A stretch of 64,000 nt of DNA from Eledone cirrhosa (GCA_964016885.1 OZ024745.1:51026001-51090000); one strand, 5' to 3'; counted from the first letter of the stretch, positions 38,104 to 52,509 are shown. Numbers and translations are program-made. Notes: generated by a model not told the origin, from the sequence alone.

Positions 38104-40679
38104 CAATGAGAAACTCAACCAATTGGTGTGTCTATTATTTCCTCAGATGGCTTAACAATACGATTTTCATCCGTACTGTATCGTTAATATTAAATCTAAT
38201 TGTAATTACAATAATGAAGTGTCTGGTTGTTCAATTACTTTTGTTTTACTTATTAGCATAGGAAAGAGCAGTGTCCAAGTAACTTTCAGGGCATCCGAGA
38301 TGGATGTGAGAACGGAAGAAACAAGAGACATAGTTAAAATGAATGTAGCAGAGTGGACTAAACAAATGGTGTTCATAGTTTTGGTGCTTGTGTTAAACCA
38401 GCCGATGGATTAAATAATTTACCAATGTAAGCCGCTGTGGGATCTGAACTCAGAACATGAAGAGCCGGAACCAATGCCACGTATCATCTCGTTCGAGGTT
38501 GTAATATTTCAGCTAACTCATCACATGGGATAGGTATCCATTTTCTGGTTTTCGAAAGGATGAAAGGCAAAGTTGACCTCTGTGGGATTTATATAAAAAA
38601 AAGCAACAAAAAGCAGCAAGGTATTCCGATATGCTCTATCGACTACACTAAATGCTAATATTTATTATACTTGTTATCTTCCTCTTAGGCGATCTGATAG
38701 CGGCACCTGATTGTCCAGCTATGTCTGCATTGTTGTTGCTTTATCTGTTCTATAATTATAACCAACTTACAAGCTGCACATCATTATAGTTTACCTGCTT
38801 CATTCGCCTTACACCCTCTTGCTATCAATATATTTTTGGTTGCTTTGAAATTTACATATGATGCTGCATTTAGTCTCGCCCCACATGTATTTAGAGTATC
38901 TTCTTATGTGAATCGTAATATGATCGTTCTGTAAATTAAGAATGTGATTTTTACAGAATTACTAGGCTTTAGCTGTGGCGCTTAAAACAAACTAAAGATC
39001 TGAAGTAATAGTATCATTTTATTCTTTTCTCATGCTACTCATTTACAGTAGTTCTAATGGTGGATTGTTAATTGCAGCAAGTGGATATTAAAATATGTAG
39101 CTCTTGTTATGTTGTTCAGTTACATCCTTCTAGATAGGTTGCACTTCTTGCTAGTATCATTCACCATTCCAGAAACTTCTGCCTTCTATATTTTTGAATA
39201 CATTACACTCATCTTGAACCTCATATGTTTATATTATATCGTTATGTTTTGGTAAGATGTTGTGCTTCCAATTCTACTTAACGCGTTCATATTATTCGTT
39301 TGAAGTGTTCAGATTTCTCCTATCTAAACTAGGTTTTTAACTGAAATACTAATTAATAGGAAATGCATAATATTCTTCATTAATGAAATTTAATTTTTCG
39401 TAATGAAGCACCGCATTAAAAAAAATATTTGTGCAAATGTAAACCATTTATGAGCAAATTCTGTATCATTCAGTAATTTGATGATCATTTTATAGATGAT
39501 GTTTATCTTTTACTGTAGTTAAATTTAAGCTGCTATTGCTGATACGAAATGCATTAGCATTGGTATTTTAATATAAACTATGTTGTTGTTTATTGCTTGA
39601 AACAGACATTTGTTGCGCAATATACGCCAAACATGTAGAGAAACTTTCAAATATTCCTATTTCCATCACTTGATTAAAACCATGTGTATAAACAAACATT
39701 ATGATACATATAAACACTGGAATGTTACACCAAATTCATCTGCACATATGTGTATATATGAAGCAAGCGAGGGAACGTCTACGTGATCATCGACTTGCTA
39801 AAGATAACAGCTACATTTCCCTAAAATCTGATAAAGAGACGCGTTAGAATCCCTGCATATGAGAATAGAAGGGATGATTATGGTTAGAATATGTTTTGTC
39901 ATAAGCTTACTAGATCAAGGTTGACCTGGATATAAATAACCGCAAAGAACAACATCATGTATATATATATATATATATATATACATATACAGGCACAAAC
40001 ACACACACATATATATATAAAAACACATACACCCTGCACACAAGCACACCTCACAAACACGCTCCCACGCTGAATTTTATCTGTTCCGAAAATAAACTCG
40101 CTTACGATTTTCAGTTGTATTTTACATGCAGAACATATAATGAATCTTCCAATGCAAAATAAGTTCAAAATTATTTAGAATAATCAAATTTTTGTCTCAG
40201 TAGGTTTTCAACAATTTTGTCATTCTAAATTGAATCATAGATATCTAAAAAGAAAGTGCAGTATATATGACACACAATAACATTATATAGTATTTGATAG
40301 GAGACAAAATATAGTATATATGTAAAATTAAAACTGTGAACAAGAAGTTATTTTGTATCTCGTCGCATTTAACATTCCTTGTTTTCACACAGTATATCCA
40401 GGACTATATTTATCAATATGACATTCAAAAGTCTCGGGTATTATCTGGTGGTATGTGTGCTGTCTCCCGATGCTTTGAGTCCAAATAATGCCAAAGACAG
40501 ATTTGCTTTTCAAATTTCAGAGGTGGATAAATAAAGTACCAATCATATACTACAGCAAATCTCTCTGTCTCTGAGTTTGCAATGTTTCATGATCTGTTCC
40601 ACTTATTTGTTATAAATCGTACAAATCTAGCAAGAACAATACCCCTATCTTGGAAAAAACAAACACCCCACAATCATAA

Positions 40680-40806
40680 AGTTATCTAATTTAGGCAAAA
40701 GACCAGCAATTTCGGGTAGAAGAAAGTCTATAAAAACGACTCCAGTACTTATTTTATCGACGCCAATAGGATGAAATTCAAAGATTACCTAGGTAGTATT
40801 TGAACT
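40680..40806 (-). mobile_element. Diverged SINE copy
   Basis: Contains tactttattttatcgac...aggatgaaa...tttgaact. Confidence 0.7.
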
Positions 40807-41044
40807 TTCTGATAACGTGAATTGGTCCATCAAGGTTGTCATTTATAAACTCTTTTTCGTCTACTGATTCTTGATCTGCAGCTGGGTTACACAAAAGTAT
40901 ATGTCTGAGATGGGGTTATCCCTTGAAGACGAGAGAAAGGAGGCAAATGCATATATTGCCCCACATATATTACAAGCTGACCAAATTACAAAGTCTTTTA
41001 TTTCATGTCTCGAAAAAGAACGGTTTTGATTAATAGGCAGTCCA

Positions 41045-41275
41045 AGGCGGTGGATTGGCAGTATTGGTAGATCATCCTACAACATAAATTACGGCATATA
41101 GTTACGTGCCTTTACGTTTAGAGTTCAAATATCACCGTGGTTAGCTTAGCTTTCATCCTTACGGGGGGGGGGGGGTCGGTAAAATAAAACACCAGTAATG
41201 CACTGGAGTTGATTTACTCGACGTTGCCCTCCTCCCTAATTATTGGACTTGTACCTAAATAATAAGCCGTTATTA
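41045..41275 (+). mobile_element. Full-length diverged SINE copy
   Basis: aggcggtggattggcagtattggtag...gagttcaaat...tttcatccttacgggg...accagtaatgcactgg. Confidence 0.85.
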
Positions 41276-42999
41276 AACTGCCCATCGACTACGGAGGACT
41301 GGATACACCGTGTCTGTTGATCCGTATATTTGATAAGGTGAATGTTTAAGATTAGTTTTAAATTCATTTTTATTCTTATTTGATGCTTGTTATTACGAGT
41401 CTCTATTTCAGCATTAAGTATTGTTAATTGAAAGCGGAAAATAAATTGATAAAATCAAATGTGTTATGAGTAATACTTTATGACATTATCAATATATTTT
41501 AAAATGCCCTATATAAATTCCTAAATAATTGCTAATATATTGAAACATGCATTACATTTGTTAAGCTTTTACTTTCAATTTCTAAGTCTGTTAAACATAT
41601 GAGACGCTAACTGTTTCGTATGTAGAGCATTAAAAATAATTCTAAAATGTTAATACACATTTTGTTGAATAGTATGTATCAAACCTATTTGGAATAATTG
41701 TGAGCACATTTAAAATTTTTTGCAAATACCATTTAGTTTTTCTCTCTTTTATGTTATTCTCAAAAGAGTACGAAGCATTGCCAGCATCTGTGTGTTCGCC
41801 AAGGAATCTTTCATTGTAATACGAATAAGGAAATGTTAGTAGTACTAGCAATAATTTCTCATTCTGTATTCTGATTTGGTGAATCTGGATCTATTAAGAA
41901 TTGTATGCTTAAAGCAAAGTAACTAAATATAAATTTGTTTTACAGTTTACAGAATATTTATTGTAAAATCCTTTAGAATTAGTTAATGTTATATTCTGTT
42001 TAGTTAGTCTAGAAGATAAAACAGTTGTTTTATTGTTGCTTTTCCCTCAAATTATCCCATCCATGATAATCCAGTCTTTTATCTTTTACCAAGTAATAGT
42101 ATACTGCAGACTAGATTATCGTGTCTGTGTGAATTGAGGGAGGTTTAGCTGCTATTTATAGCAGCTCAACAAAATATATAACTCACATCTGTATTTACAA
42201 ACGCCCCAGTATATCTGAGAACAGTTTTCGTTGTACATATGCCGCTGAGATATAGGTCTTCTGGCTTTCATTTTATCGTACGATATTTTTCAGAAAAGAT
42301 TAGATCTAAAGGTTTTTTCTATTGTAAAGATGCATTTGACGAATGGCTAGAATATATAGACCCGAGGGTTTTACTATTGTAAACATATATATTTGTTGAC
42401 TGATTATTCAAACATCGCAATATCAGACGGTGTCACATTATATTTTCAAAACGACAAAGCTGTATTTTGTCTAACAGCTCATGTGAAGTTTCTGAGTCAC
42501 CTTTTAGATACATTGTCACCATTAGTTAATGTTTAAGGAAGTTATAGTATATACGTGGTTAAGGACTATATCAATCTACTTAAAGAACATATCATAGAAT
42601 CGTATACTATGATTGCGCTGTTGTATCAAATATCATAAAACCAGTCGTAGCATGTAGTTGACATAGTGATTAAGACGTATAAAAAATGTTTTGCTCAACG
42701 TGGCTCATTATAGGATATAGGTAAACAAGAGATCACTGTTGTTTAGTTAATTAAAAGAAAATATGAAAAATATAGAAACCTGTTTAAGGTCACCTTAATC
42801 TACCTTTGCTTATTAGAGTAGGTTCAAACTTGGATTCCTCACCCATATTTTTTCGTTTTAGAAAGTTCTTGGGGCTGAATAAAGTGCAAAAGTTACAGGA
42901 GCTGGTGCAGTACAGCACCAGCTTCAGCATTCAGTAATTAGAGGAGGGGAGGTAGGCGTAAAAAGCGACACTCATTATTTTCAATTCTGTATTCATGCA

Positions 43000-43575
43000 A
43001 ACCGTTAATTATGCTCATGAATCTTGACCGAAAGAATACGATCACGAATACAAGCGGCCGAAATGGGGTTCCTCCGAAGTGTCTTTAGAGTAACGTTACT
43101 CGATAGAGTGTGTAGCTCGGAGATCAGAGAGTCACTCCAGTTAGAGCCGCTACTTCTCCGAGAGATCAAAGCTCCGATAGTATGGGCATATGCTTAGAAT
43201 GTCTCAAGAAAGAATCGCTGGATAGATTTTTACGGGTAAACCCAACCGACAGGTGACCCAGGGGTAAACCCCGAGTAAGATGGTTGGATAACATCTATGT
43301 GCTTGGATGGTCGCGCTTGGGGTTCCAGCCAGTTATGTTAGAGAAGGCTTCTTCTGACAGGACCCACTAGAAGGAGAGTTTGAGGACTCTGCCCCATGAG
43401 CCTCCCATAATTTTATGTGGTACCGGCAAATCTAGTGTGCCACACATATAACATGGTACATTCGAGTGCACTATATCAATTGGAGGCAGTTGCTTTTGGC
43501 AGGACCCACTGGAAGGAGTGTCTAAAGACTCTGTCCCCACGACCCTCTCAAGAAGAAGAAGAAGAAGAAGAAGAA
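43000..43575 (+). mobile_element. RTE-clade (Expander/Rex3-like) LINE 3' fragment with duplicated 3' end and (GAA)n tail
   Basis: Translation LTERIRSRIQAAEMGFLR.V..VTLLDRVCSSEIRESL.LEPLLL...PRGKPRVRWLD. 43356-43406 is repeated at 43497-43550. Confidence 0.8.
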
Positions 43576-44012
43576 ATCTCATTCTTTTCAGTTTTTTTCT
43601 TATTATAGAGATAACATTTAATGCAGTACCAAATTCATGTAAATATTTGAGTGAATGCATAGGTTATATGTAAGGTGTATAAATAGATTTTGCGTAACTC
43701 TAGAAATTAATTGCTTTTAAATTTTTCAGAAAATTTATTAGGAAACACATATCAAGTAATTTCCAGCATCTTTTTTTAGTATATGACTATCTTGTTTGTA
43801 TATGACTATCTGATAGCCATAGGCACAATAAACGTATATGTGTATACTGAATATTGTCATGTTACATATGTGTGTGTTTGTTTATGTGTGAGATGTGTGT
43901 GTAGAAATGTGCGATGTGTGCACGTATGTATATGAATGTCAGCTTGTACGTGAATGTATCTGTACGTGTATATATCGTATCTCTGTGTGTGTTTTATATG
44001 TAACACTCTATG

Positions 44013-44049
<37 letters not shown>

Positions 44050-44109
44050 AAAGGTAAACAGAAATAACAACACAATCGGTACAATATATGGAAGGGATAT
44101 ATTAGGTTA

Positions 44110-44415
44110 ACGCTTGGGAAGGCACTCCGTCGGTTACGACTACGAGTGTTCCAGTTAATCCAATCAACGGAACAGCCTGCTCATGAAACTAACGTGCTAG
44201 TGGCTGAGTATTCCACAAAAACACGTACCAGAACGTGACAAGGTTGACCTTTCAAATTTACAGGTACTATTCATTTTAGCCAGCTGAGTGAATTGGAGCA
44301 ACGTGAAATAAAGTGTCTTGCTCGAGGACACAGCGCTTCACCGAGAATCGAACTCACGACCTTACGATCGTGAGCGTAAGCCGAATTCCCTAACCATAAA
44401 GCCATGCGTCTTCAC
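44110..44415 (-). mobile_element. tRNA-derived SINE of a second family
   Basis: Minus strand head gcatggctttatggttaggg...gtgagttcgattctc (A and B boxes), then tgtgtcctcgagcaagacactttatttcacgttgctcc. Confidence 0.75.
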
Positions 44416-45522
44416 ACACACACATATATATATATGTATATATACATGAGTTTATGTGTATGTGTTGCGTGAACGTACATATATGTAGAGAACAGCTTTG
44501 AATATCTTTCTTTTTGTATGCCTATATATTGTTGTGCAAGTGTAACCAACATTCCAATAACGTACACATCGAAACTGAAGGGAGAGCATACTTTCACATA
44601 CTTGCAGTTACATAGACACACAAACAATCCATAGGCTATTTTCTCGTTATGTATATATATACACACGCAAATACTGTCCCACGCTCACCTCACACTCAGT
44701 TACCATTCCCCATATATATTTTCTATACACATGTTTTCACACAACAACTCTAACATAAACGAACAATAATATATACATACGCCGCCACACAACTACACAC
44801 ACAGAAATAAGACCACATTCCATTTTCAAACACTCAAACATAACATTAGTCACCGTTATACACATGTCCTCTCCTCACACACATACATAAAATAATACCA
44901 ACAGAAACACAAAACAATGCTTACGCCCCGCTGCCACTTTATAAAGAGTAATCTAAGACCATAAAAAGGTTCTATGTTCTAATACTCAGACATAACAGTG
45001 TATAAATTAAAACCATTTAATATCACACATATATATATATAACTTTACTCCTATCTATTTATTTCCTTTCTCAGGCTATTTTCCCAAAGAGCTTAAGCTA
45101 AAAACGCCGAAGAAATTTCTTGTTCTATTTCCAGAGTATCACCCTAAGGGCTGCATCTTTTTATTTTGTCTTTCGTGTGGTCCTTTTTCCTTGTCATATA
45201 CTCCTACACGCACAAATCACACACACTGGTTATATTTATTTGACAGTGGTCATACCGGGGAAGCCATGCTGATTTAATTGATCATGCTGACACTAGTGCG
45301 TGTGTTTTTCAAGTCCAGTAACGGTTGGATTAAGACCTTAGGTGGCCCGGGGCACTTCAGGTTGGGGGGCTTTTCATACAAAAAAAATTAGAATACACAG
45401 GAAACTTCCCCAATTTTACATATCAAAATTGGCTTGGCGCAAGTAACAGGATGATTCAATAGACTTGTGGTTTACTGAGGGAGGTAACAATATTAGCACT
45501 CAGTGCTATGGCGGAGCATATT

Positions 45523-45712
45523 AAGAACAAAACAAGGTTTCACATTTAGGTTTTTATTGATTATGCTCAGTTATGAAAGTTTCACATATGGGTGGCTAGG
45601 ATCCATATCAGTATTATAGACCCTAATAAGGATCATGAGACACCCATCAACGAAACATTCGTAACTGAGTATAATCAATAATAACATAAATGTGAAACCT
45701 CGTTTTGTTCTT
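45523..45712. repeat. Diverged fold-back whose arms begin in a hammerhead 3' half
   Basis: Arms ~45523-45594 and 45641-45712. The right arm reads cacccatcaac-GAAA-cattcg-TA-actgag...aataa. Confidence 0.75.
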
Positions 45713-46557
45713 CGTTTCTCACATCCCATTCACGGCGAAAGGTCTGTATTCTGAACGCTCATGAAATTCACCCAGATTATGCTGATCGGATAACCATGTT
45801 GCTTGTTTTTTTTCCCACCTTCGGTTTGCTTTTCCTCCTATGTTGTTTACTTGTCTCACTCGCTTTACGCGACTCACTTGTCCCAATAGCTTATTTTAGT
45901 TATTGCTCGCACCAACCTGAGGTATATGATTTTTGCGATTATCTGTTTCTCTCTTTCTCTCTTACTGCTCCCCCGTTCTCTCTGTTTTCTTACCTTCTTT
46001 CGACCCCTCAGCATACATTTCTATCCACATATAAACACAATGATATACGTAAACACACATGTCCTATGGTGCAACACAAATATACACAAATTCGCACACC
46101 TTTTGATGTTTATAGATATACACGTGCCGACACGCACACGTACACATACGCACACATGTATTGCACATTGATGGGTACATACATATTTGTACACAAGTAT
46201 CCCATACGGCAGGGCCTAATGGATTCCCCTTGCAGTACGTACGATCTGGACTCACACGCACCTTGGTGTTATGACAATACTATACATCATTTCACCTCTT
46301 TTATTATTGATGTTATTGATGTTCTTTTGAGAGAATCGTTTTTGCAAATGACTGAAAATATCGAATAATGTACGCCATTTTTACCAGTACCACAAAAATA
46401 CTGGTCCATCCACACGCACACACACACACACATACACACACACACACTTCTCCGTAAAAGACAAGAGCTGAAAAATATGTTTCAACATGTTAAAATACCC
46501 CCCCCCCCCCTCCACATACACACACGGATACACACATTCCTAATGACCAATTCATTC

Positions 46558-46718
46558 CCATTATCACAACAATGAACCACTCTGCTACACACACACACAC
46601 GCACACACAGATATTTGTCTTAATAGACACCTGAACTGTTGACCTTTCAACATGACTGCAACTCACACACGTACACACACATCCCTACTGACCATTATCA
46701 CAACAATGAACCTCTTTA

Positions 46719-46752
<34 letters not shown>

Positions 46753-46803
46753 TTGTCTTAAGAGACATATTTTTCAGTGACTTCTCAACATGACTGCAAC
46801 TCA
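46558..46803 (+). repeat. Tandem duplication of a ~135-bp unit containing (CA)n
   Basis: ccattatcacaacaatgaacc...(ca)n..atatttgtcttaa...tcaacatgactgcaactca occurs twice. Confidence 0.85.
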
Positions 46804-47304
46804 ATCAAGCGAAAAAGGACACTCTTCGACAAACCTACATTTGGGGCGAAACCAGTTCGCGCTAAAATCAATTTTAACATTCACGTGACTTCTACCGACC
46901 AATCAAAATTGTTTTGAATTTAAGAATTTTTGCAACACGAATTGGCGCGAAATTTATAATGCTTATTCACGTGACATTCAACAACCAACCAAATCTTAAT
47001 ACCACCCAAGCCACTTTTTTCACATAAAACAGGAAGAATTTCCCAAACTGATCAGATTAGAGCAAAAATCACGAGCGCTCTATCTCAAAATTATTTTTGA
47101 AAAGCATAAGAAATGCGCAACCGGTAAAAACTTAAAACTAAAACTGAATACTAACTAATACTTATTACTAATTTATACTTATTCCTAATTAAACTATTTT
47201 TCACTGGGAAAAATTTGTCAGCATTTTCTTTTCCTTTTTACTAATATATCACAACTTGTGTATCACACCTCTATTTTTTAAATATATATATTTTTCGCCC
47301 ACTA

Positions 47305-47420
47305 ACTTCTGAGAGGCCCGTTGGAGCAGAGTCCTCAATCACTCATTTCAGCGGGTCCTGTCAGAAGCAACCGTTTCCAACTGATCCTGCTGGATCCCCA
47401 ATGTAGGCTAGCCAAGCTCA
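47305..47420 (-). mobile_element. 3' fragment of the same RTE family as 43300-43406
   Basis: The reverse complement shares cttctgacaggaccc...ttgaggactctgc. Confidence 0.7.
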
Positions 47421-48059
47421 TTTTATGTATCACATTGCTGGCCTTGTGCCCAAAGTAAAAAAACAATAATTTCTGCCATTGTCGATGTTGCTGTTGTTCT
47501 TGTTTTGGATTAAACACGTGTTTTCATATCCCGGAGAAAATTGAATAATAACTAAGCTTTACTAGCCATGCATTTTTTTTCGTCTTAAGTTTCTGATAAA
47601 AGAATAAATCTCTGGGGTTGACAAAATGTTTGTCCTTTAGAGATCATTTTTCACAATAAATGTTCTTGTGTTTATAATTTTCAATATGGCATTTTTAACT
47701 AGTGCCGTAAGAGGTATTAAAAAATGAAAGGTTGTTGCTTTGCATACACCCACGCCTGGAAGATAATTTTTGAATATATGAAAACGAAAAGAATAGAAAA
47801 AAAAAGGATAAAGAAAATTAAATATTATTTACATGACAAATATTAAAATGAAAACAACAGATATTTTCGCAAATAATCTCGGTCGTAATTTGAAACCCGA
47901 TGACGCAATTTTGCACAACTTAACCAAGAACATTAACAGCAACAACTATGACAACAACACCAATAACAAGAAGTATACTTGTTTAAGAGTAATAAACATT
48001 AAAATCTCATTTCCTAGCGTAACAAACCAAAGGAGGTTTTCGGATATGTGTCGAATTCA

Positions 48060-48640
48060 GGGAAAGACGGGAGTATGGGAGTGGCATATCACAAATAATA
48101 TGACTTGTTGACTGAAGAATTTATCGAGCAAGGAAAAATGGTAAAGTTGAAAAGCTTTTTCACATGCCTTCAAACAATGTATTGAATGAAGCCCTCGACA
48201 ATATGTGGCACGATGTCAGCTTGATTGATAGGGATTAGGCATAGAGAAGAATGATGTTTGTTCTCAAAGGAAGTCAACCTGATTGGTGTACAAAAAAGTG
48301 TTCGACAAAGATACTCAGCAAGAGTAATCAGTGGTTTAATCAGAAATATACACAATCGTGAAATACTCGAACTTTCTCCCCACAGCAACACCAACAACAT
48401 ATAATGCATCGGAGAGCGTATGGCTTCAGTAGGGTTCTCATCAATTTGACCAATCTGCTGGCAGTTCTATTTGCAGCTGGTTTTAGTAGTGTCATAAGAG
48501 GGTAGATTGCTGTAATCAAAAGCAACATCTGTTTGATGGTCAACGTAAACGGCTATTTCTCGAAACCATTTTGTATCATGCCCACTATCCACCAGGACAC
48601 CGACTCTTGATCTTTGCTGTAAAGTTATCAGACTTTGAAT
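48060..48640 (+). mobile_element. Old degraded Tx1-family RT fragment
   Basis: VLINL..LAVLFAAGF...RG*IA...ICLMVNVNGYFSKPFCIM..IHQ aligns by eye with the RT region at 14500-14700. Confidence 0.6.
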
Positions 48641-48789
48641 GGCATAGTTTTTAACCTCCCTACATAGGTTTGCTTCTTAAGGTGACGAGTTGCAAGTCCA
48701 CCAACTTTTCCCGGTTAATCGATTGTCCAATTACATCTCCAGAACGACATCGGTCCGCATAAGTAGACTTGGCACTCCTCCATTCCAAG

Positions 48790-48912
48790 TTAAACTTTAT
48801 CTTTCATCCTTCTGGGGTCGATAAAATAAAGTAGCAGTCAAGTGGTGGGTTGATATGATCGACTATCACCCACCTCATACTGCTGGTTTGTGCCTAAATT
48901 AGAAACCATTAT
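48790..48912 (+). mobile_element. Diverged SINE 3' portion
   Basis: ctttcatccttctggggtcgataaaataaagta...tgctggtttgtgcctaaattagaaaccattatt. Confidence 0.8.
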
Positions 48913-51900
48913 TAAGGAGTAACCTGCTGAACGTATGGACGTTTATCACAATAACTATATAATAAAAAATCATCTTTAATCTTGTATTTTTTTGTTTCGT
49001 TAATTTATTTTGATTTAAATATAGCTTCACGTTTTCGAAGACTGGAAAATAATGATGAATAACCCCCCCCCCCCCCCCCACCCCAGAAAACTTTTCCACA
49101 GTCTCTACGTCCATTCTCTATGATAGCGTGATTAGAACGAGTCCTTGGTTTATATGAGTTTTTCTATGACAAAAAGGATACTTGCCTCAAGCCCCACCCT
49201 TCTTTATTATTGAAGGCAGTGGTTGCAACGCATAATGTAAATTTTCCGTATTAGGTTTTTGATGCCACTTGAAAAAACTTTAGATCTAAGAGTACATGCT
49301 GTTATTGACGTCATTACTGGTCTATTTCCTCCCAGGATTTGGCTGTTGTCGTTGATGACATTAACAAGGCTTTGTCGCAGTATATTGACACGGTTACGTA
49401 CCTTATAGCACTGAGATAATGCTTGAAGAAGAATGGAGTGTCAAGTTTCGCAGCTAGGAGAAACGACGTGGATATATTATCTTAGCCCTTTGCTTTCTTT
49501 TTTGTTTCAAGTCAAATGTGGGTCTCTTTGCAGCAGATCCCCTATCTCCTCCAATTACAACTTGTTACACATGAGATATTTGAAGAATTGAGTTTCATAT
49601 TTCCTTAATAGAAAAAGGTTCCCCCCTGTCTTTTAGAATTGAAAAGATAGTTTAACCCTTTCATCCTTACCTTTTCTAGTTTCAGAACATATGTTGCTTG
49701 TCTAATCTTTGATAATAATATCTAACGTTTAACTACCATTTACTTACTGTTCCACACGACTAGTTCAGAGATGAAAATGATACTTAGTATACGACTATAC
49801 TTGTAATTTTGAGGGATGGACTTAGTTGATGAGCTACCATATTGGGATATATTCAGGCCTATTTCACGAGCAATACAATCCGTTTTTCGAGGTGGGAAAG
49901 ATGAAAGAAGACTCAGTGGTGCCATCGCCGATGACGAAGATGATTATGGCAGGTAGCAATGACCTCAATAACAATGAAGGTGACGACGACAATGGCACGA
50001 CGATGACACCGGTGACTAGGACAAAGATCACATCAGAGCAACGAAACAGTCACTTGCTTTCGGATGAGAAGATGTGGTGTAGGTAAAAAAGCAGCTAGCA
50101 CCCCGCTGCAGGCTTTTAACTTTCTTATTCTTACAGCGATCTAACTGATGGAGAACACAGTAAACCTTTACACTAAGATAGAGGACACTCCTCTGATACC
50201 AGTACTGCTGTTTGCCATGTACTCCAACTTTGAGTTACATTGTCTCTTCAACTAAGAGATTAGCAAACGATACAACCTTTATATGATAGCTTGGCCTGCA
50301 AGAAATAGCAGGTAAATTAAACTCAAATTATACCATATTTCTTAAAAATACATTAGATAGTATAGTCGGGTTTACATTATGCCTGAAAGAAAACATTGCT
50401 AGCCTAGTTTAGGTCAAAGATCAGCTCGAACGCTAAGCTTCACATGTGGTCATCAGCCGCTTTGATATGGTTAGCCTGTCATTTCATTAGACACGATGTC
50501 AATGTTAGCATCAGACCGAAACTTTCAAGCAGCTGCAGCAGCCCCGTCTTACGTTCAGTCAGAAACGATTTGACTAACCATAGCTTGACCTATCATTCAC
50601 GAACCTACACTATCAGCCGTTAAGTTCACATTAAGTAGCAATTCTTGTAGTAACAAGGAAGCAGAAATTCATTCGGAAGAGAGAGAGAGGGGGGGGGGGG
50701 CACATGGAACGCTGCAACATCCAAAGTAAGCAACACATATAACAGGAATGTTTACGCATCAAACATTTTAAAGCTGTTTGCGTATATGAAAATTTGCATT
50801 TGAAAAGCTAGTAAATGGAATTTGCGACTCTAAAACATATCCCACCATCTTCTGGGTGTGACGATACTGTGTGCATCCAGGAACGGGTTAAATTTTTTTG
50901 AGACAAAATACGTGTATTTAGTCATCCACTTTTGGAGAAATGCTGGCCAGTGGGTATCTTAGATATTAGAGAAGTTCAGAAAAGGTGTTAATCATTGTGT
51001 ATTTTAAGTGGAATTGTGTTCGTGCGGGTTCATTTTAAATTGTTGTTGTTTCAGATTAGCGCCAGCTTCTCAATTCCATCACGCATTCATAGATATATCT
51101 TTATGACAGCTAGAACATATTAAAAAAAACAACAAATGGACGATCTGAAAAATAAATGAACAAATAGATAAATGAACAACGAAATGAAAAAAAAAAAAAA
51201 TCTTATTACTGATTCCCTGAGTCGAGCTATAATGTTTCCCAGGCTAAACTAGAATATGTAATGAGGCCACCAAGATATTTTAGCATACATTTGTTTCTCT
51301 TTTTTCTTCTTGTTTACGATTTCAAGTAGAAAAAATGCTTGTGCCTGCTTCACGCTTATTTCATCTTGAATAACTATTATAATAACAGAATTACAAAGGA
51401 CAAGGTTTGAGTAAACATAGTGATTTGAAAAATTTGTTACAAGATGCTAGAACAGTAAGGTGAAACATCTGTCATTACATTTTAGATGTATATGTTTGAA
51501 AAGATCGAAAACTTGAATATGAGGATATAAGTATCTCTTGTAAAAAATATAGTAGCTTTTGACTCAAACAACTCTGTTGTTTAAGAAACTTAGGACAATC
51601 AGGTGTATATTCCTGTAAATGTAATATGAATTCTCAGCTAAATTTTAAAATAAAATTTCAATTGAATTTTAACACCCGGTATTCTATGAAATATGTGGCA
51701 AGTAATACACTGAATCTATAGTGTTTTATATTCCATCTGAGTTCAAATTCTGTCGAGTTGAAATTTGACATTCATCCTTCTGGGTTTCATAAATGCGCAA
51801 ACGTTAGAGAGTCCTGGTTTCGGCTCTTTGCTTTCTAAATTTATATACCACTGTGGTCTACTTAGTTTGTAACAACAGCACATGGATCACGTGTGTGACT

Positions 51901-52509
51901 CGGTTGAAGAACACGACATGGGTTTTAGGTACCTGAACATATTGACCAGTTGTCTGGTTTGAGTATACCTCCTAAACTTCCTCTAAAAGTTTCGGCGTTC
52001 CAGAAAACAGTTATGATCCCTTCTTCCTGTTTTAGCTATAAAAAAACTTTCTTGTTAATTACCGTCTGACTATTTATGTGCTAAATTCCTTTTAATATCT
52101 TGAAATGGAGATATGATGGAATTAATACCATGGCGCTCTCTTTACAAATATTTCAGGTTTAAAATGTATTAGAATCTTATAGCAACTAAAGAATTCCATT
52201 ATTTCTAGATATTATTTATAATTTATGTAAGGAGAGAATTAGAACTTTCACGCAGATAACTGATAGAGACCTCCAATTACACTATAAATAATTCATCTTT
52301 CATGCCACGAGCTAAACACTAGACAACACACAATATCAAAATAAATACAATGTTAAGGCAACACAAGTTTGGATTCATAGATTTGCTTTCAATATCTTCT
52401 GGACCACAAATTATGGTTTGGTCAGAGATGTATGGTGAAAGATTAATAGCCCCATTTTCCTAACAATACTTTACCGTGAGAAACACATATATTTATACTG
52501 AGTTCTTAT

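Noticed and set aside
38640-39300. Possible degraded R4-like RT on the minus strand (TLNTCGARLNAASY)
   Set aside because: Only one short weak motif; it cannot be supported without a profile search.
45796-46368. 190-aa ORF with hydrophobic N-terminus
   Set aside because: It is built from T/C-rich and CA-rich low-complexity sequence with no domain signal.
49826-50086. 86-aa ORF as a possible exon
   Set aside because: It looks like decayed (GAT/GAC)n repeats, with no recognisable protein similarity or supported splice context.
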